Assembly: GCA_951406725.2 (NCBI GenBank)
Contig: OX597830.1
Location: 60,140,001 to 60,204,000, forward strand
Length of the DNA: 64,000 nucleotides
Reading direction: 5' to 3'
DNA from: Octopus vulgaris
Lineage: Eukaryota
Part shown: positions 13,220-27,217 of the stretch, piece by piece
Numbering within the stretch: position 1 is the stretch's first letter
Layout: the number at the start of each line of letters is the position of its first letter
Program-made: the position numbers and the translations under genes
The notes under the pieces: generated by a model
What the model was told of the DNA's origin: nothing
The model's database searches: none
What the model saw: only the letters and a program-made list of their open reading frames with translations

Positions 13220-13277
13220 CATCACCATCACCATCATCATCATCATCACCATCACCATCACCATCATCATCATCACC

Positions 13278-13308
<31 letters not shown>

Positions 13309-13315
13309 CCATCAC

Positions 13316-13368
<53 letters not shown>

Positions 13369-13459
13369 ACATCACCATCACCATCATCATCATCACCATC
13401 ACCATCATCATCATCACCATCATCATCATCACCATCATCAACACCATCATCACCATCAC

Positions 13460-13496
<37 letters not shown>

Positions 13497-13523
13497 GTCA
13501 TCATCACCATTATCGTCATCATC
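12812..13523. repeat. (CAT/CAC)n trinucleotide repeat (~710 bp)
   Basis: direct reading. Confidence 0.98.
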
Positions 13524-13890
13524 GGATCACTGGTTGTTGCCATTTTTGGAGTCTGAATGAATCAACATGCGCCATGACTATCTTCACTACATTCATTAAC
13601 ACCAACTCAAAGCCAATCTTACTCATACGCACGGGCGCGCGCGCGAATAGACATGCACATGTAATATAATGTAAATATTATATGATGTGTGCATGTTCGC
13701 GTGTGTGTGTGTGTGTGTATGTGTGTGTGTGTGTGTGTGTGTATGCCTAACCATATCATAATATATACAAAGACAGAGAAAAAGAATGAGGGAGAGAGAG
13801 AGATGATGTGGGAGAGAAAAAGAGGATGAGGGAGAGATAGATGAATGGACGGTTAAGTAAACGCACGGACACACGTTTGTAAAGGAACAA

Positions 13891-14118
<228 letters not shown>

Positions 14119-14307
14119 ATATGTATATACGTACATACGTATATGACATACACATACGCACAAACGTATACTCACAGACATACATATATACATACATATA
14201 AGTGTGTATGTATGTATGTATGTATAAGCACCAGTGAAACTAACAATTACAATAATCGCGAAAAGACTACGCGATAATAACCACAGAAGTTTAATTCCAT
14301 GCACACA

Positions 14308-14340
<33 letters not shown>

Positions 14341-14579
14341 TTACACGTTTACACAGACACACACATCGAATGTGTGAACATATACAATCCCCCACCCCAC
14401 ACCCCCACCACCATATGCCAGTTATATTTACATAAAAATCAACATATGTGTTTGTACATACAGACATGTACATCGCGATTCCTCAACAAATATTTACCCA
14501 CGTCCAAATACACACATATGTACATAGAGAAAAATTATTTCCCCTTCACTCCACTCTTCTCTCTTTGACACACGCGCAA

Positions 14580-14626
<47 letters not shown>

Positions 14627-14757
14627 GGAAACGCACACGCAGAAATACAAACATACAGATGATTATTGACGTATACGAAGAACACACTTGTAGACAAACA
14701 CTGACACATAAACACAGACTTATATTCATGAGTCTTCATGCAAGAAGGAAGAGAGCA

Positions 14758-14790
<33 letters not shown>

Positions 14791-15298
14791 AATGAAAGCA
14801 GTAGAGGGGGGAGGAGAAAGCAAAAGAGATCTCGAGAAAGCATTAAACATACACGCAATGTGTATATACATATATACATACTGAAATACATACATGTACG
14901 CATACATACATACAGCGTACAAACACACATACATACATACGCATACACATGTATATATACATACATGCATTCATACATCCATCCATCCATCCATCCATAC
15001 ATACATACATACATACATACATACATACATACATACATACATACATACATACTTACGTATATATCTATATATTCTAAGATATTAATACATATTCTGTCAT
15101 TCAATGCTCCAGTCTTTTTTTAAAGATGTCCGCGTACTTTTTCAGACACCTATACATACAAAGACCCCCAAAACGATGACGCAAAGTTAAACGCACGCAC
15201 AAACGCTGACACAGTCCGGTGTCAGCGACCGATCGTGCGTGCATACATACAGTCATAAACGCACTTAGATATATACATACGCACGTACATACATACGT

Positions 15299-15369
<71 letters not shown>

Positions 15370-15790
15370 TATTATTGTGTACTATTCAGCATGGGACTGG
15401 TGGAGAGAGATTCAAATAAGTTCACCATTCATATTAACTCGGATGAACTCAGTCGCTGTCCAACGTCATTTGAAGAGGGCATCCGCCATCTTGGATCCTC
15501 CATTGACAGATTTTGCAATACGGAACAATACAGTTTAATTAGCTGAATAAAGATGACTGCACTGGACCAATGCAACCGCAACGACAAATCTACTACCACT
15601 ACTACTACCGTAACCATCACCACCACCACCACCACCACCATCACTACTACCCCACAACCACTCCATTACCACAACCTCCACATCATCACTAACACAAGCA
15701 CCGTCGCCAATATTCCACTGTCATCACCACTATCTACAAAAACAGCAACAACAACAACAACTACTACTACTACTATTATTGCTGCTGCAG

Positions 15791-15838
<48 letters not shown>

Positions 15839-16940
15839 TTGCAGTTGCTGTCCCTGTTGAAGTAAAATTAACAACAATAATCAATGGATTAAATAGCAGC
15901 AGGAATAACAACACAACGACAGCAACAACAACTTCAGCTTCATTATCATCATCAGCAACCACATCAACTGCAGCAGTAGCAGCAGCAGCACCTACAACAA
16001 CAACAACAACAACAACAACAGCAACAACATCAACAACAGCATATGTAACCGAATTTCGACAAAAACAACTCTGAAACTGCGGCTTCTAAATTTTCTCTCC
16101 AATCTCGTGACCGGAAGTCTCTCTGGCTGAACGTCACTCCGCACACCATCCGGGCTTTACTGTCGAGAAGAATCCGAAATGTCTTTGGTCAGTGTTCCTT
16201 CTATGACACCTTTGAAATATCTGATCATAAACACACACACACTCACTCGGAAGGATAGTCTAGTTTGAGCTAAAAATATTCGTAGTTGGTGACAGTGGTT
16301 TTGTTCCGATACCCGGAAATAACTGGAGAGGGATGTTGAATAACAGCACTTGTGGCTCAAACTAACAGAATTTGCCTCTACACGGTCGTTTGACGTGCAG
16401 AAACAGTAGCTAAATTTCATTGAAACTATGGCCAACCGTCTTAAAAATAGGGGGAATACATTAGAAAATATACTCTTAGATACACTGTTTCCAAATATAA
16501 AAAAAAAACGTTTGAACATGACAAAATAGCAACGGCCACAATGATGATGATGGTGATGATGATGACGACGACGGGGAATACGACGATGATGACGATGATG
16601 ATGATGATGATGACGACGACGACGATGATGATGAAGACGACGACGTCGACGACGACGACGATGATGATGATGATGATAATGATGGTGATCGCGATATGAA
16701 CAACGATGAGGAAGAAGTGGTGGAGGATGATGAGGAAGGGGGAGGAGGAGTAGGGAGGTGGATATAGGGAGAGAAGAGGAGGGAGAAGGAGGAAGGGAGG
16801 AGGATGAGGGGAAGGATGGACCACTAAATCAGCATGCGAGTAGCAGAGCATTTCAAATCAGCTCGTACACATACACAAACATAGAAACAGAAAGACGCAT
16901 ACATACACACATACATTATTATTATTATTATTATTATTAT

Positions 16941-17486
16941 TGAGTGAGAGAGCAGTTCATGCCATCAAAGTGACACTGGGGTAAAATATACGAAGCCCAG
17001 TATACCCATTATGACTACCCGTCTGATAAGGGTACACCAGGCACATGCATCACAACCATATGTGCGCGACATGGTGATCTCATATCAAGATAAACAGCAC
17101 ATGACCTTGCAGGTGGGGCCCACTTAGAATTTTGTTCTGGTCGAGTAGCCCATCCCGCTGAAAAGGTCCCTGAATAAGGGTTGTTTAAGGATGTTGAACG
17201 AAACACCCCTGTTTTCAAAGGTGAATTATTCAAACCCCAAAGAATCCCTTTCAACACTTGGCTATGATGCTCCCCCACTACTTCTGCTCGTGATCAGAGA
17301 TGCACATATCGTCAGCCACTAAGGGACATGCTCAACTGGTTAAGGTCAAACAACTGACAAGTAAATCTGTGGTATTGAGCAGAATATTTGCTGTAGCCCA
17401 TCTTTTATACCAAGACAAAACAATGTACATGATAACACTTCCAATCAGTTGGATCAGAAGCCATGAGAACCACTGTCTGGTACTGC
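16941..17486. mobile_element. Unclassified non-coding element embedded in (ATT)n
   Basis: ~545-bp complex sequence with (ATT)n on both sides, adjacent to the RLE retroelement cluster; no credible ORF. Confidence 0.45.
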
Positions 17487-17511
17487 TATTATTATAATTA
17501 TTATTATTACA

Positions 17512-17788
17512 TGATTTTTTTTTTATCATGCCCAATGCCCCGATTATTACTGGTATTGTTTTCACCTTCATGCCCCACATTTTGAATACTTTAACATCGT
17601 GGCCTTTATACATTGACAATTTCTCCACTTCTTTTTGGACAAAATTTTTGGTCAGAAGGGACAGCAATATCTATCAGTAAGTAGGGTTTCTTTTTCTCCA
17701 ATCCTTGATAATTATGTCTGAGCGATTAGCCTTTATTTCTTTGTCGGTTTGAGCCGGCATATCCCAGATGATTTTGGCATGTTTGGCA
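17512..17788 (-). mobile_element. RLE-type non-LTR retrotransposon (R4/Dong-like) fragment, degenerate
   Basis: translates to WDMPAQTDKEIKANRSDIII and KEVEKLSMYK...MWGMKVKTIPVIIGALGMIKK. Confidence 0.8.
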
Positions 17789-17816
17789 CATGTTGTTATT
17801 ATTATTATTATTATTA

Positions 17817-17903
<87 letters not shown>

Positions 17904-17908
<5 letters not shown>

Positions 17909-18374
17909 TAGTTTTATTTTTATAGCATGCTTTCACTTCACTACCGAGCGCAGCTCTGTGTGCCTTGGGTATGTGCTGTGATTTGTTGTGATGCTCTGAT
18001 GGTTATTGTATGGAAAGTGTTCTGCGTAGGATGTGTGCAGTGCCTAGTAGTGCAATTTTCTGTATGTTATATGTGTTTGTAAGTCCTGGCGTTTTTGTTA
18101 TGTATTTGTCTGAATATTTTTTTATCATGCCTAATGCACCTACTATGATAGGAATTGTTTCTGTTTTCAGATTCCACATTCTAGTTACCTCTATTTCCAG
18201 GTCTTTGTATTTTGAGAGTTTCTCCATTTCTTTTAGAGACACGTTGTCATCTGCCGGTATTGATACATCAATTAGAAAGCATTTTTTTTCTTCGTGATCT
18301 CTGACAACTATATCTGGTCTGTTGGCCTTAATTTCTCTATCTGTATGTATCGGCATATCCCAGAGTATGGTTGC

Positions 18375-18375
<1 letters not shown>
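17904..18375 (-). mobile_element. R4/Dong-like retrotransposon 3' end (RLE domain + 3'UTR) between (ATT)n tracts
   Basis: ORF 18003..18356: RPDIVV...FLIDVSIP...KEMEKLSKYKDL (PD-D-K restriction-like endonuclease), ending ALLGTAHILRRTLSIQ. Confidence 0.9.
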
Positions 18376-18451
<76 letters not shown>

Positions 18452-18453
<2 letters not shown>

Positions 18454-19168
18454 TATGTTTGACTTTTGCTTCATGTTTGTACAAGTTGGCTCCAAGTCTC
18501 ACCCAGAGACCTCAAGAGACAACAGGTTGGAAGTTCACGTTGTTGTTAAGCCTAGTGTGCCATATATTTGGGGGGGGGTTGTGTTGTACTAGTGAATGTC
18601 TAATAAATAAATTTTTTTTTAAAATTGTTTGTTTTAAACCTTAAGATTACTTATAGAGTATTTTGCGTAGGATATGAGCAGTTCCCATGAGCACTATCTT
18701 TTGAATTTCTGCCATTTTGGGATTTCCTGGTATCTGAGTTAGGTAGCAATCAGTCCCTTTCGCTATCATTCCCAGGGCACCTATGACAACAGGTATTGTT
18801 TTAGTCTTCAGCTTTTGCTGATTTCTATTTCAAGATCTTTATATTTGCTCAGTTTTTGGTAGGTCTTGACAGATACGTTTATATCGATTGGGACAGTCAT
18901 ATCAATGAGGAGGCATGTTCTTTGTTTGAAGTCTTTCAATATGATGTCTGGCCTATTTGCATCTATCTTTCTGTCAGTTTGAATGCTGAAGTTCCAGAGG
19001 AGTGAGATGTGGTCATTTCCAAGCACTGGAGGTGGTTTGTGTTCCCACCAGTTTTTTTTTCATGGGGCAAATCCAGGTTTTTGCAAATTTCCCAGTGAAT
19101 ATATTGTGCAGCTCTATCATGCCTGTTGAGATACTCTGTAGGCGCTAGAACACTGCACTTGGAGACAA
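18452..19168 (-). mobile_element. R4/Dong-like retrotransposon 3' end, second subfamily
   Basis: SKCSVLAPTEYLNRHDRAAQYIHWEICK then LWNFSIQTDRKIDANRPDIILKD...LIDMTVP...KLSKYKDL; different 3'UTR from the 17904 copy. Confidence 0.88.
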
Positions 19169-19169
19169 C

Positions 19170-19233
<64 letters not shown>

Positions 19234-19279
19234 GTTGTTGTTGTTGTTGTTCTTGCTGTTTTTGTTGTTGTTGTTGTTG

Positions 19280-19358
<79 letters not shown>

Positions 19359-19383
19359 CATTATTATTATTATTATTATTATT

Positions 19384-19685
19384 CAGTAGTCTTGTTTTTA
19401 TGACGTGCTTTCACTTGCACTACTGAGTGCAGCTCAGTGTGCCTTAGTTATGTGCTGTGGTTAGTTGTGGTGCACTTATTTTCACTGTATTGAAAGCGTT
19501 TTACAGAGAATGTGTGCGGTGCCTAGTACTGCTATTTTCTGTATGTTATATATACTAGTAAGTCCTAGTGTTTCTGTTATGTATTTGCCTGAATGTTTTT
19601 TATCATAATTAATGCGCCTACTATGATAGGAACTGTTTCTGCTTTTAAGCTCCACATTCGAGTTACCTCTATTTCAAGATCTTTA
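19384..19685 (-). mobile_element. R4/Dong-like extreme 3' end, same subfamily as 17904
   Basis: shares the 3'UTR (cagtagt...gctttcactt...gcagctc.gtgtgcctt..gtatgtgctgtg) and the last codons of the ORF. Confidence 0.85.
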
Positions 19686-19929
19686 TTATCATTATCATTA
19701 TTGTTGTTGTTGTTGTTCATTAGCATCTTCTTTCAACTCTGTTTCCATTTCTTGCCGAGTGTATTCCTGACACTTGGGGCAGAGATACGCACTGCATACA
19801 TCGGCAGGCCATTAAAATAAACACACTAGATTGTTCATTTACAAAGTCATGTGATAGTGAAAAAGGGAAAAATAAAATTAAAGAATGTAAACAAATAAAA
19901 GGGGAAAAAAGGAAAGAAATTTCACAGTG

Positions 19930-20900
19930 ACAATGCTCTTCTCAATACGTATGATGTAACACTTAAGACAGTCTTTTGCACTTACTGCATGGATGGTAAG
20001 CCAGGGATCATTCTTAAATAATGTTCAGTTCCTTTTCCCACTGCACAACTGAGCGCAGCCTTCCTAAAATCTCTGGTATTGTAACCGTCTTGAGATGCCA
20101 CATATTTTCGATTTCGATTGGCAGATTGCTATATTTTCTGATATTATCAAATTCTTTTGCCGAGATAATATGGTCACGGGGCATGCTCATGTCAATCAAT
20201 AAACAGACTTTATTGTTTTGGTCTTTCCCAACAATATCTGGTTTATTGGCTTTGATGGCCCGGTCTGTATATACAGGGAAGTCCCAGAGAATAGTTACAT
20301 TTTCTCCCTCAGTTACAGCCTCTGGGTGGTGCTTTTACCATTTGTCAGCAGCTTTGATTTCATAATGCTGACACATTATCCAATATAGATATTGGCTAAC
20401 TTTTTTATGTCTTGATTTGTACTCTACAACTTACAACCAGAGATTAGATGGTCCACCGTTTCTATCCCATCGTTGCAGTATCGGCACCTTGGGTCTACAC
20501 CATTTTTCATCACATTGGCTTGATAGTTCCGGTTCAACAAGCTCTGATCTTGGGCAGCCAAGATAAAGCCTTCACTCTCTGCCTTTAGCCCTGAGCTCCG
20601 TAGCCACTGATAGGTGTACTCCTGGTCTGCATCAGCTTGTTTGCTACGGGCCACATATTTGTCTTGCAGAGGTTTTTGTTCCCACCTATCAGCCAATTGC
20701 TCAAACGCATTTTGCTTTCCCACTGATTTCACTTTCTTTGGAGTTACAGTTGCTGCGCTCCCATCATGCTGTTCAACATGGGTATTATGCATAAACTCAC
20801 TTGAACATTTTTGGCTCTCTTTCATAATAGAATGAAGCCACTTACGTCTTTCATGGTTTTCAACGAGCTTTAGCATCCAGTCGTTAGACGTTTCAAGAAA
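19930..20900 (-). mobile_element. R4/Dong-like retrotransposon 3' region (CCHC finger + RLE), degenerate
   Basis: WLRSSGLKAESEGFILAAQDQSL...CRYCNDGIETVDHLISGC (CCHC finger); IDMSMPRD...KEFDNIRKY. Confidence 0.88.
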
Positions 20901-20945
20901 ACTAGTTGGTGTTGAGGCTATCAAAGCTGGTTCATTGTAGAGTGG

Positions 20946-21012
<67 letters not shown>

Positions 21013-21013
<1 letters not shown>

Positions 21014-21220
21014 GGGAAGCTTTATGAAAATAGACAAAAGACGAAGGCAGGTGGAAAACAAACAAACAATTGTATTAGTATGGCGCTCAGGAAATATAAA
21101 TAAAACAAGTCTTTAACGTTTCGAGCCTACGCTCTTCAACAGAAAGATACACAGAGAGAAAAAAACACAGAAAGAAGGAGAGAAAAAAATGCGTGCAGTA
21201 ACTAACGAATCAACATGGCG
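21013..21220 (-). mobile_element. ~208-bp non-coding hammerhead-bearing unit in (TA)n
   Basis: near-identical to 23480-23689; (TA)n-type repeats on both sides. Confidence 0.8.
21110..21147 (-). ncRNA. Minimal type I hammerhead motif, core CUGUUGA
   Basis: RC: UCUUU-CUGUUGA-A-GAGC-GUAG-GCUC-GAAACGUU-AAAGA; 5-bp stem I, 4-bp stem II, palindromic ACGU stem III. Confidence 0.65.
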
Positions 21221-21335
21221 ATATATATATATGTATGTATGTGTGTGTGTGTATGAGTGTGTGCGTGTGTGTGCGTGTGCATGCATGCATATATATGTAT
21301 ATATATGTATGTACGTACGTACGTATGTATGTATG

Positions 21336-21370
<35 letters not shown>

Positions 21371-21536
21371 GTATATATCAAAACACTTCATTTCACGTTA
21401 CTCCAGTCCACTCAAATGGCAAAAGTGAGTAATCCTGCGTCCCGTCCAGGTGGGGAATTTCTACGCCACTGAAACCGGGAAACCGGCCCTCATGAGCCTG
21501 GCATGGCTCGAGAAGGAACATTTTATAAATATATAT

Positions 21537-21941
21537 TCTTTTACTCTTTTACTTGTTTCAGTCATTTGACTGCGGCCATGCTGGAGCACCGCCTTTACTC
21601 GAGCAACTCGACCCCGGGACTTATTCTTTTGTAAGCGCAGTATTTATTCTATCGGTCTCATTTTCCGAACCGCTAAGTAACGGGGTCATAAACACACCAG
21701 CATCGGTTATCAAGCAATGCTAGGGGGACAAACACAGACACACAAACACACACACATACATATATATATACATATATACGACGGATTCTTTCAGTTTCCG
21801 TCTACCAAATCCACTCACAAGGCTTTGGTCGGCCCGAGGCTATAGTAGAAGACTCTTGCCCAAGGTGCCACGCAGTGGGACTGAACCCGGAACGATGTGG
21901 TTGGTAAACAAGCTACTTACCAGACAGCCACTCCTGCGCCT
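21537..21941 (-). mobile_element. tRNA-derived SINE, family B, full length
   Basis: RC: aggcgcaggagtggctgt..ggtaagtagcttg...gggttcagtcccactgcgtggcaccttgggcaag... ending gactgaaacaagtaaaagagtaaaaga; five or more copies in the window. Confidence 0.9.
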
Positions 21942-22533
21942 ATATATATATATGCATAAATAAATAAAATAATATAAATACATATATGTACATTCTTACA
22001 TGTATATGAATATACATATGCATACACGGACACAGGACGTTACAGAATGTAAACAACATGAAAAACTGAAATACGAAAACATGGAATGCGAACTTTTTTT
22101 GCGAACAACAAAAGAAATATATGGAAATCAAGACAAGCAACATAAAAACGACCCTTCATCAGTATTTCGAGCAATTCACGACAAGATACATCTTCGAGAA
22201 AACAGTTGCTCCCACAAAGCAAATTAAATAAAATTTCGGAGTTTACGGAGGGTCAAATTTGGTAACAAAAACAGGACAGTGAAAACAAACAGGAAGGGCT
22301 GGTAAGCCTAAACGAGGTGAGTTGGCGAACGCGGAGGAACAAGCCCCGACAGGAGACAGACAAGAATGTGTCCTATCCTACAGCTGATCGGAAGGTAAGA
22401 AGGAAAGATGACCAATGGTCACGTGCGAGCTTCGAGAGAGCAAATGAGTAAGCGTGAGGGAGAGAGAGGGACAGACAGAGAACGGCGAAGGGGAGAGGAA
22501 AAGAATTAGAGAAAGGATGAGAGAGAAAACAAA

Positions 22534-22606
<73 letters not shown>

Positions 22607-22644
22607 AAATATGTTAACATTTATATATTAGAAATATGTTAAAA

Positions 22645-23155
22645 ATAGAGAATAGACAAGCAAAATCTGTAGTACAACTTTAGAGTCTTTAATTTATAAT
22701 TTATTATTCAAACATAGTGCAGAGTAGTTATAGTAAATAAGTAAAGTCTCTTACAGCTGTTTCTAGAATAACTAAGCATGCTGGTCATGCGTTGTTGAGC
22801 AAGGGTTTCCACGCAAGCTAAGTATTCAGTCATCGGGGAGAGAGACAGCGAAAGAGAGAGAGGGAAAGAGAAAATATCCTTAAGCAAAAATGGTAGTAGT
22901 TGTTGAATAACTAAGGAGTGTCGAAAGTGGAAATATAATACTGCTTGATAGTTCCATGGTGGGAGAATTAAGGAAATCCTTCGTTAACAATAATATCCGG
23001 TAGCAGTTCCATTGTTGAAGTAAGAAAGAAAATCCGAAGTAAAAGACGATAGAAGTTATTGGTTCCATCTTTGAAAAGAAGAAAGTGAGGTAGATATGAG
23101 TCGTCAAAGAGTAGAGGGCAGTGTGAAGGAAGGATTATAAGTACATGAAGATTGA
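22645..23155. repeat. Second copy of the unclassified repeat at 8271-8853
   Basis: near-identical minus-strand translations at 8589..8801 and 22880..23107. Confidence 0.85.
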
Positions 23156-23381
23156 CGAGCTGGCAAAGTGGTTAGCACGCCGGGCGAAATGCGCAGCGGT
23201 ATTTCGTCTGTCGTTACGCTCTGAGTTCAAATTCCGCCGAGGTCGACTTTGCCTTTCATCCTTTCGGGGTCGATGAATTAAGTACCAGTTACGAACTGGG
23301 GTCGATGTAATCGACTTAATACCTATGTCTGTCCTTGTTTGTTCCTTCTATGTTTAGCCCCTTGTGGGTAATAAAGAAATA
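23156..23381 (+). mobile_element. SINE family A
   Basis: gagctggcaaagtggttagcacgccgggcgaaatg...gagttcaaattcc (B box)...ctttcatcctttcggggtcgat...gggtaataaagaaata. Confidence 0.9.
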
Positions 23382-23479
23382 GGTATAGTGAGGGCATTTA
23401 AGGGTGTGTGTATATATATCTATATATATATATATATCTATATATATATATAAATATATATATATATGTATATATATAA

Positions 23480-23687
23480 CGGGAAGCTTTATGAAAATAG
23501 ACAAAAGACGAAGGCAGGTGGAAAACAAACAAACAATTGTATTAGTATGGCGCTCAGGAAATATAAATAAAACAAGTCTTTAACGTTTCGAGCCTACGCT
23601 CTTCAACAGAAAGATACACAGAGAGAAAAAAAACACAGAAAGAAGGAGAGAAAAAAAATGCGTGCAGTAACTAACGAATCAACATGG

Positions 23688-23689
<2 letters not shown>
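23480..23689 (-). mobile_element. Second copy of the ~208-bp hammerhead-bearing unit in (TA)n
   Basis: differs from 21013-21220 only in A-run lengths; hammerhead motif at 23577-23614. Confidence 0.8.
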
Positions 23690-23752
<63 letters not shown>

Positions 23753-24774
23753 TATATATACACGTGTATACAATACATACACAAGCATGTACACATATAA
23801 ACACACATATAAATACATGCCGAAACACATTGCCGTTACATATACGCACGTAGAGACACACATACGCACACTCACATACACACGCGCGCAGTCATGGACA
23901 TATAGGTGCGTATAGACATACATACATATACACACTTACATACATGCAAACATACATACACACAAATATATGTATATGTGTGTGTGTATATATACATATA
24001 AAGTAGCAATATACATGTATGTATATAGTCATATACAGACGTACACACGCACAATCATTCGTTGTTGTTGTTGTTAGTGATGGTGATGAGATATTTTTGT
24101 CGTTCATGTTGTTGTTGTGGTGGTGGTGGTGGTGGCGGCGGAGGCGGCAGCACTGGTTGTGAAAGGGGACGTTGTAAATCCATCTGGAAAAACCATTCCG
24201 TGCTTATATGTGTGTGTGGTGATGACGAAGTAAGTGTGAGTGACAGTAGATGTTATTGTGTCAGCGCTGGCGGGGTTGTTGTTTCTGGTGGTGACGTCGG
24301 AGTCCGGCGGTGGTACGATTATATCACATGTTATGATACTAGGATATATGATCTCTTCTGGAATGTTTCCCACTGTGTCCCACGAAACGACGCTCTCCAC
24401 GGAATATGAAGTGTAAGGAAGAGCGTGGAGCGATAGCGGCAGGAGTGGTGCTGTTTGCTTAGAGATTTCGGTAGAGGTGTACAATGAAGTGAGGAAGGCC
24501 AACATATTGTAAGATAAAGAGAATTTAGACCCTCCTCTATAATGAACCCAATAACACTCTGGGATTGGTGTTCATAAGTGTGTGGGGATATTTCTTAAGT
24601 TACTTTGCTTAATAATATGTGTGCGCATGCTCAAGTGCGCACGCATGCGTTCTTGTGAATGTAGTATCTGCGTTTAGAAGCACGCTCTTACAAATGTACA
24701 TATATATATACATACACAGACATATATATTTTGTGCATATAAATTTTGTGTGTATAAATACATTTAAACATATG

Positions 24775-25245
24775 TGCATGGTTGCGTGGTTAGAAGCTTG
24801 CTTCTCCAACCACATGGTTCTGGGTTCAGTCCCACTGCGTGGCACCTTGTGCAAGTGTCTTCTACTATAGCCTCGGGCCGACCAAAGCCTTGTGAGTGGA
24901 TTTGGTAGACAGAAACTAAAAGAAGCCTGTCGTATACAAACATGTGTATGTTTGTAATTGTGTGTGTGTGTGTGTGTGTATGTGTGTGTATGCCTGTGTG
25001 TACGTGTGTGCATCTATATGTGTGTGTGTGTTTGTGTCTGTTTTTACCGCCGTCACCGCTTGACAACCGGCGTCGGTGTGTTTACGTCCCCGTAACTTAG
25101 CGATAGGGCAAAAGCGACCAATAGAATAAGTACTAAGCTTTAAAAAAAATATGTCTTTGGATCGATTTTCTTCGATTAAAACCCTTTAAATGGTGCTCCA
25201 GAATGGCTGCAGTCAAATGACTCAAATAAGTAAAAATATAAAAGA
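24775..25245 (+). mobile_element. SINE family B (diverged)
   Basis: ccacatggttctgggttcagtcccactgcgtggcaccttg...gcagtcaaatgac. Confidence 0.85.
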
Positions 25246-25514
25246 AAAAGAATATATATATATATATACATACATACATACATACATACATACATACATA
25301 CATACATACATACTCCGAGGCTAGAGTAGAGAACACTAGCCTAATATACCACGCAGTGAGATTGAACTCAGAACCATGTGGTTGGGAAGCAAGCTTCTTA
25401 CCATACAGCCACGCCTACGCCTATGTTCATCTAGAATATCTTCCTTGTTCACATTTCCTTAATGAATTAAAGTTCACAGTAAAAACTAAAGACATTGACC
25501 TCCTTATTGTAGGA

Positions 25515-25847
25515 CAGTGGGTCTCAGTCGGAGTCCATATGGCCCCTGAGGGTTCATATAAGATCCACACATTAAAATAGTAAATTGGGTATTCACAATA
25601 CTGTTTTAAGGGCCCCTGAAAGTATTCCGTTTTAGATGTGTGTATTGGTATGTACTGCAAGAAACAGTTCGGTTTCTTTCATTTTACATAGTCCAATCAG
25701 CACAAATTAATATGTGAAAAATAAAATCGGAATTTTGAAAGAAATATCTATAAAACTAGTTTTTAAACAACGAATGGCTATGGGAGTCCACCAGACTAAA
25801 ATAATAACGGAAGGGGGTCATAGGTAAAAAAAGGTTGAAAACTACTG
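25515..25847. mobile_element. hAT-like MITE
   Basis: termini cagtgggtctca...ttgaaaactactg; internal similarity to the 34475 and 38694 elements. Confidence 0.65.
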
Positions 25848-26288
25848 CTCTGGGAGAACGGTATGAACCGAACCAACGAAGGAGCTTTTACCTCGTCGTT
25901 CGATCTGCTACACACAGCAGTCAAATTTCTTTCAAATTAGATGCTACCGTCTTTAAAAATTCCTGTTAAATAATGTTGCTTTAGATTCCACTCAGATACG
26001 AAGAAAAAAAAAACGAAAAAAAAACAGATGGTCACGGGTAGAATACCTTTAACTGGGTCTGCTCGATCAGAGCTGACCCGAGGCTATACAACAACCATAT
26101 AAGCTTCAGTTGGCGATTCTTCAGATCTGGCTACATGATATAAAATAGATCCGATCAATTAATTCTTTTCTATACCAGCGTACACATTTACTCATTTAGT
26201 CTAATAAAGATAATACATACATACGTACGCACAAACGCACGCGCACGCATACACGTATGTATATATGTCTGTATGTCTATATGAGTGC

Positions 26289-26346
<58 letters not shown>

Positions 26347-26483
26347 TTATTTAAATTTTAAGAAAGATGTTTCTAATCAACCGATAGAATTAGCTAGTTT
26401 CTAAATTTAATTTAGTATTATTCTTTCATTTCGCAACTCACCTCTCTACACTCTTTTTCTTTCCGAATCTCTCTCTTTCTCTC

Positions 26484-26514
<31 letters not shown>

Positions 26515-27096
26515 TTCTTTCTCTCGCCACACACACACTTACTATCAGACACATACGCAACTACATGCATGCTTAGAAATACTTGCAACAATGAACATCA
26601 TTATTTTTCTCCAATTATTCTGCAAATTCCTATTTTACTCCAGTCGACCAATTATTTCATGAAATCTATTTAAAAATAAAATTGAAATATTCCAGTCTTT
26701 CTTTTTGTCTCTCTCCATCTCTCTCACCCCTCTCTCCCCGTGCATGTACATCTTTCTACATGTAATGTGCAGTGTACTTTTATACTGGCATACAAAACCG
26801 TTATCATATATTATATATTATATATTATATCCATACATTCATTTATATAATATATACTATATATATATTCTTGGTCAAGTGATTAAAGAAGCCGCCTCAC
26901 AATCTCGAAGTTTTGAGTTCGATCCCATTGTATGGCATCTTGGGCAAATGACTTTATTACAACCTCTGATTGACCTAACGCTTCTGAGGGCAACAGGGGA
27001 GACGGAATTCCATTTGATGGATTGTAACCGTCATTCAAGGATCCGGTTTTGCCTCACAGTGTAACACGCTGATTCTACGTGAAGAACATGAAAGGT

Positions 27097-27144
<48 letters not shown>

Positions 27145-27217
27145 ATTTGTGAAATACTCAGCTACTGATTGAGTAATTAGGTAATAATAAGTCAATAATA
27201 ATGGAAGTGCACTACAA

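Noticed and set aside
12626-13669. 347-aa poly-histidine ORF (and poly-Met/Ile ORFs in other frames)
   Set aside because: Translation of a stop-free (CAT/CAC)n microsatellite; its start lies in a TA/TG repeat and there is no gene evidence.
15553-16074. Thr/Ala-rich mucin-like ORF
   Set aside because: Mosaic of (ACT)n, (ACA)n and (GCA)n repeats without a domain or supported exon structure.
16915-19400. Repeat-spacer-repeat layout superficially like a CRISPR array
   Set aside because: The repeats are variable-length (ATT)n and the spacers are retroelement 3' ends; eukaryotic context with no cas genes.
24062-24510. Possible host exon(s), with a gtaagt donor-like site near 24229
   Set aside because: Embedded in GTT/GGT repeats; no recognisable domain or consistent acceptor and frame.
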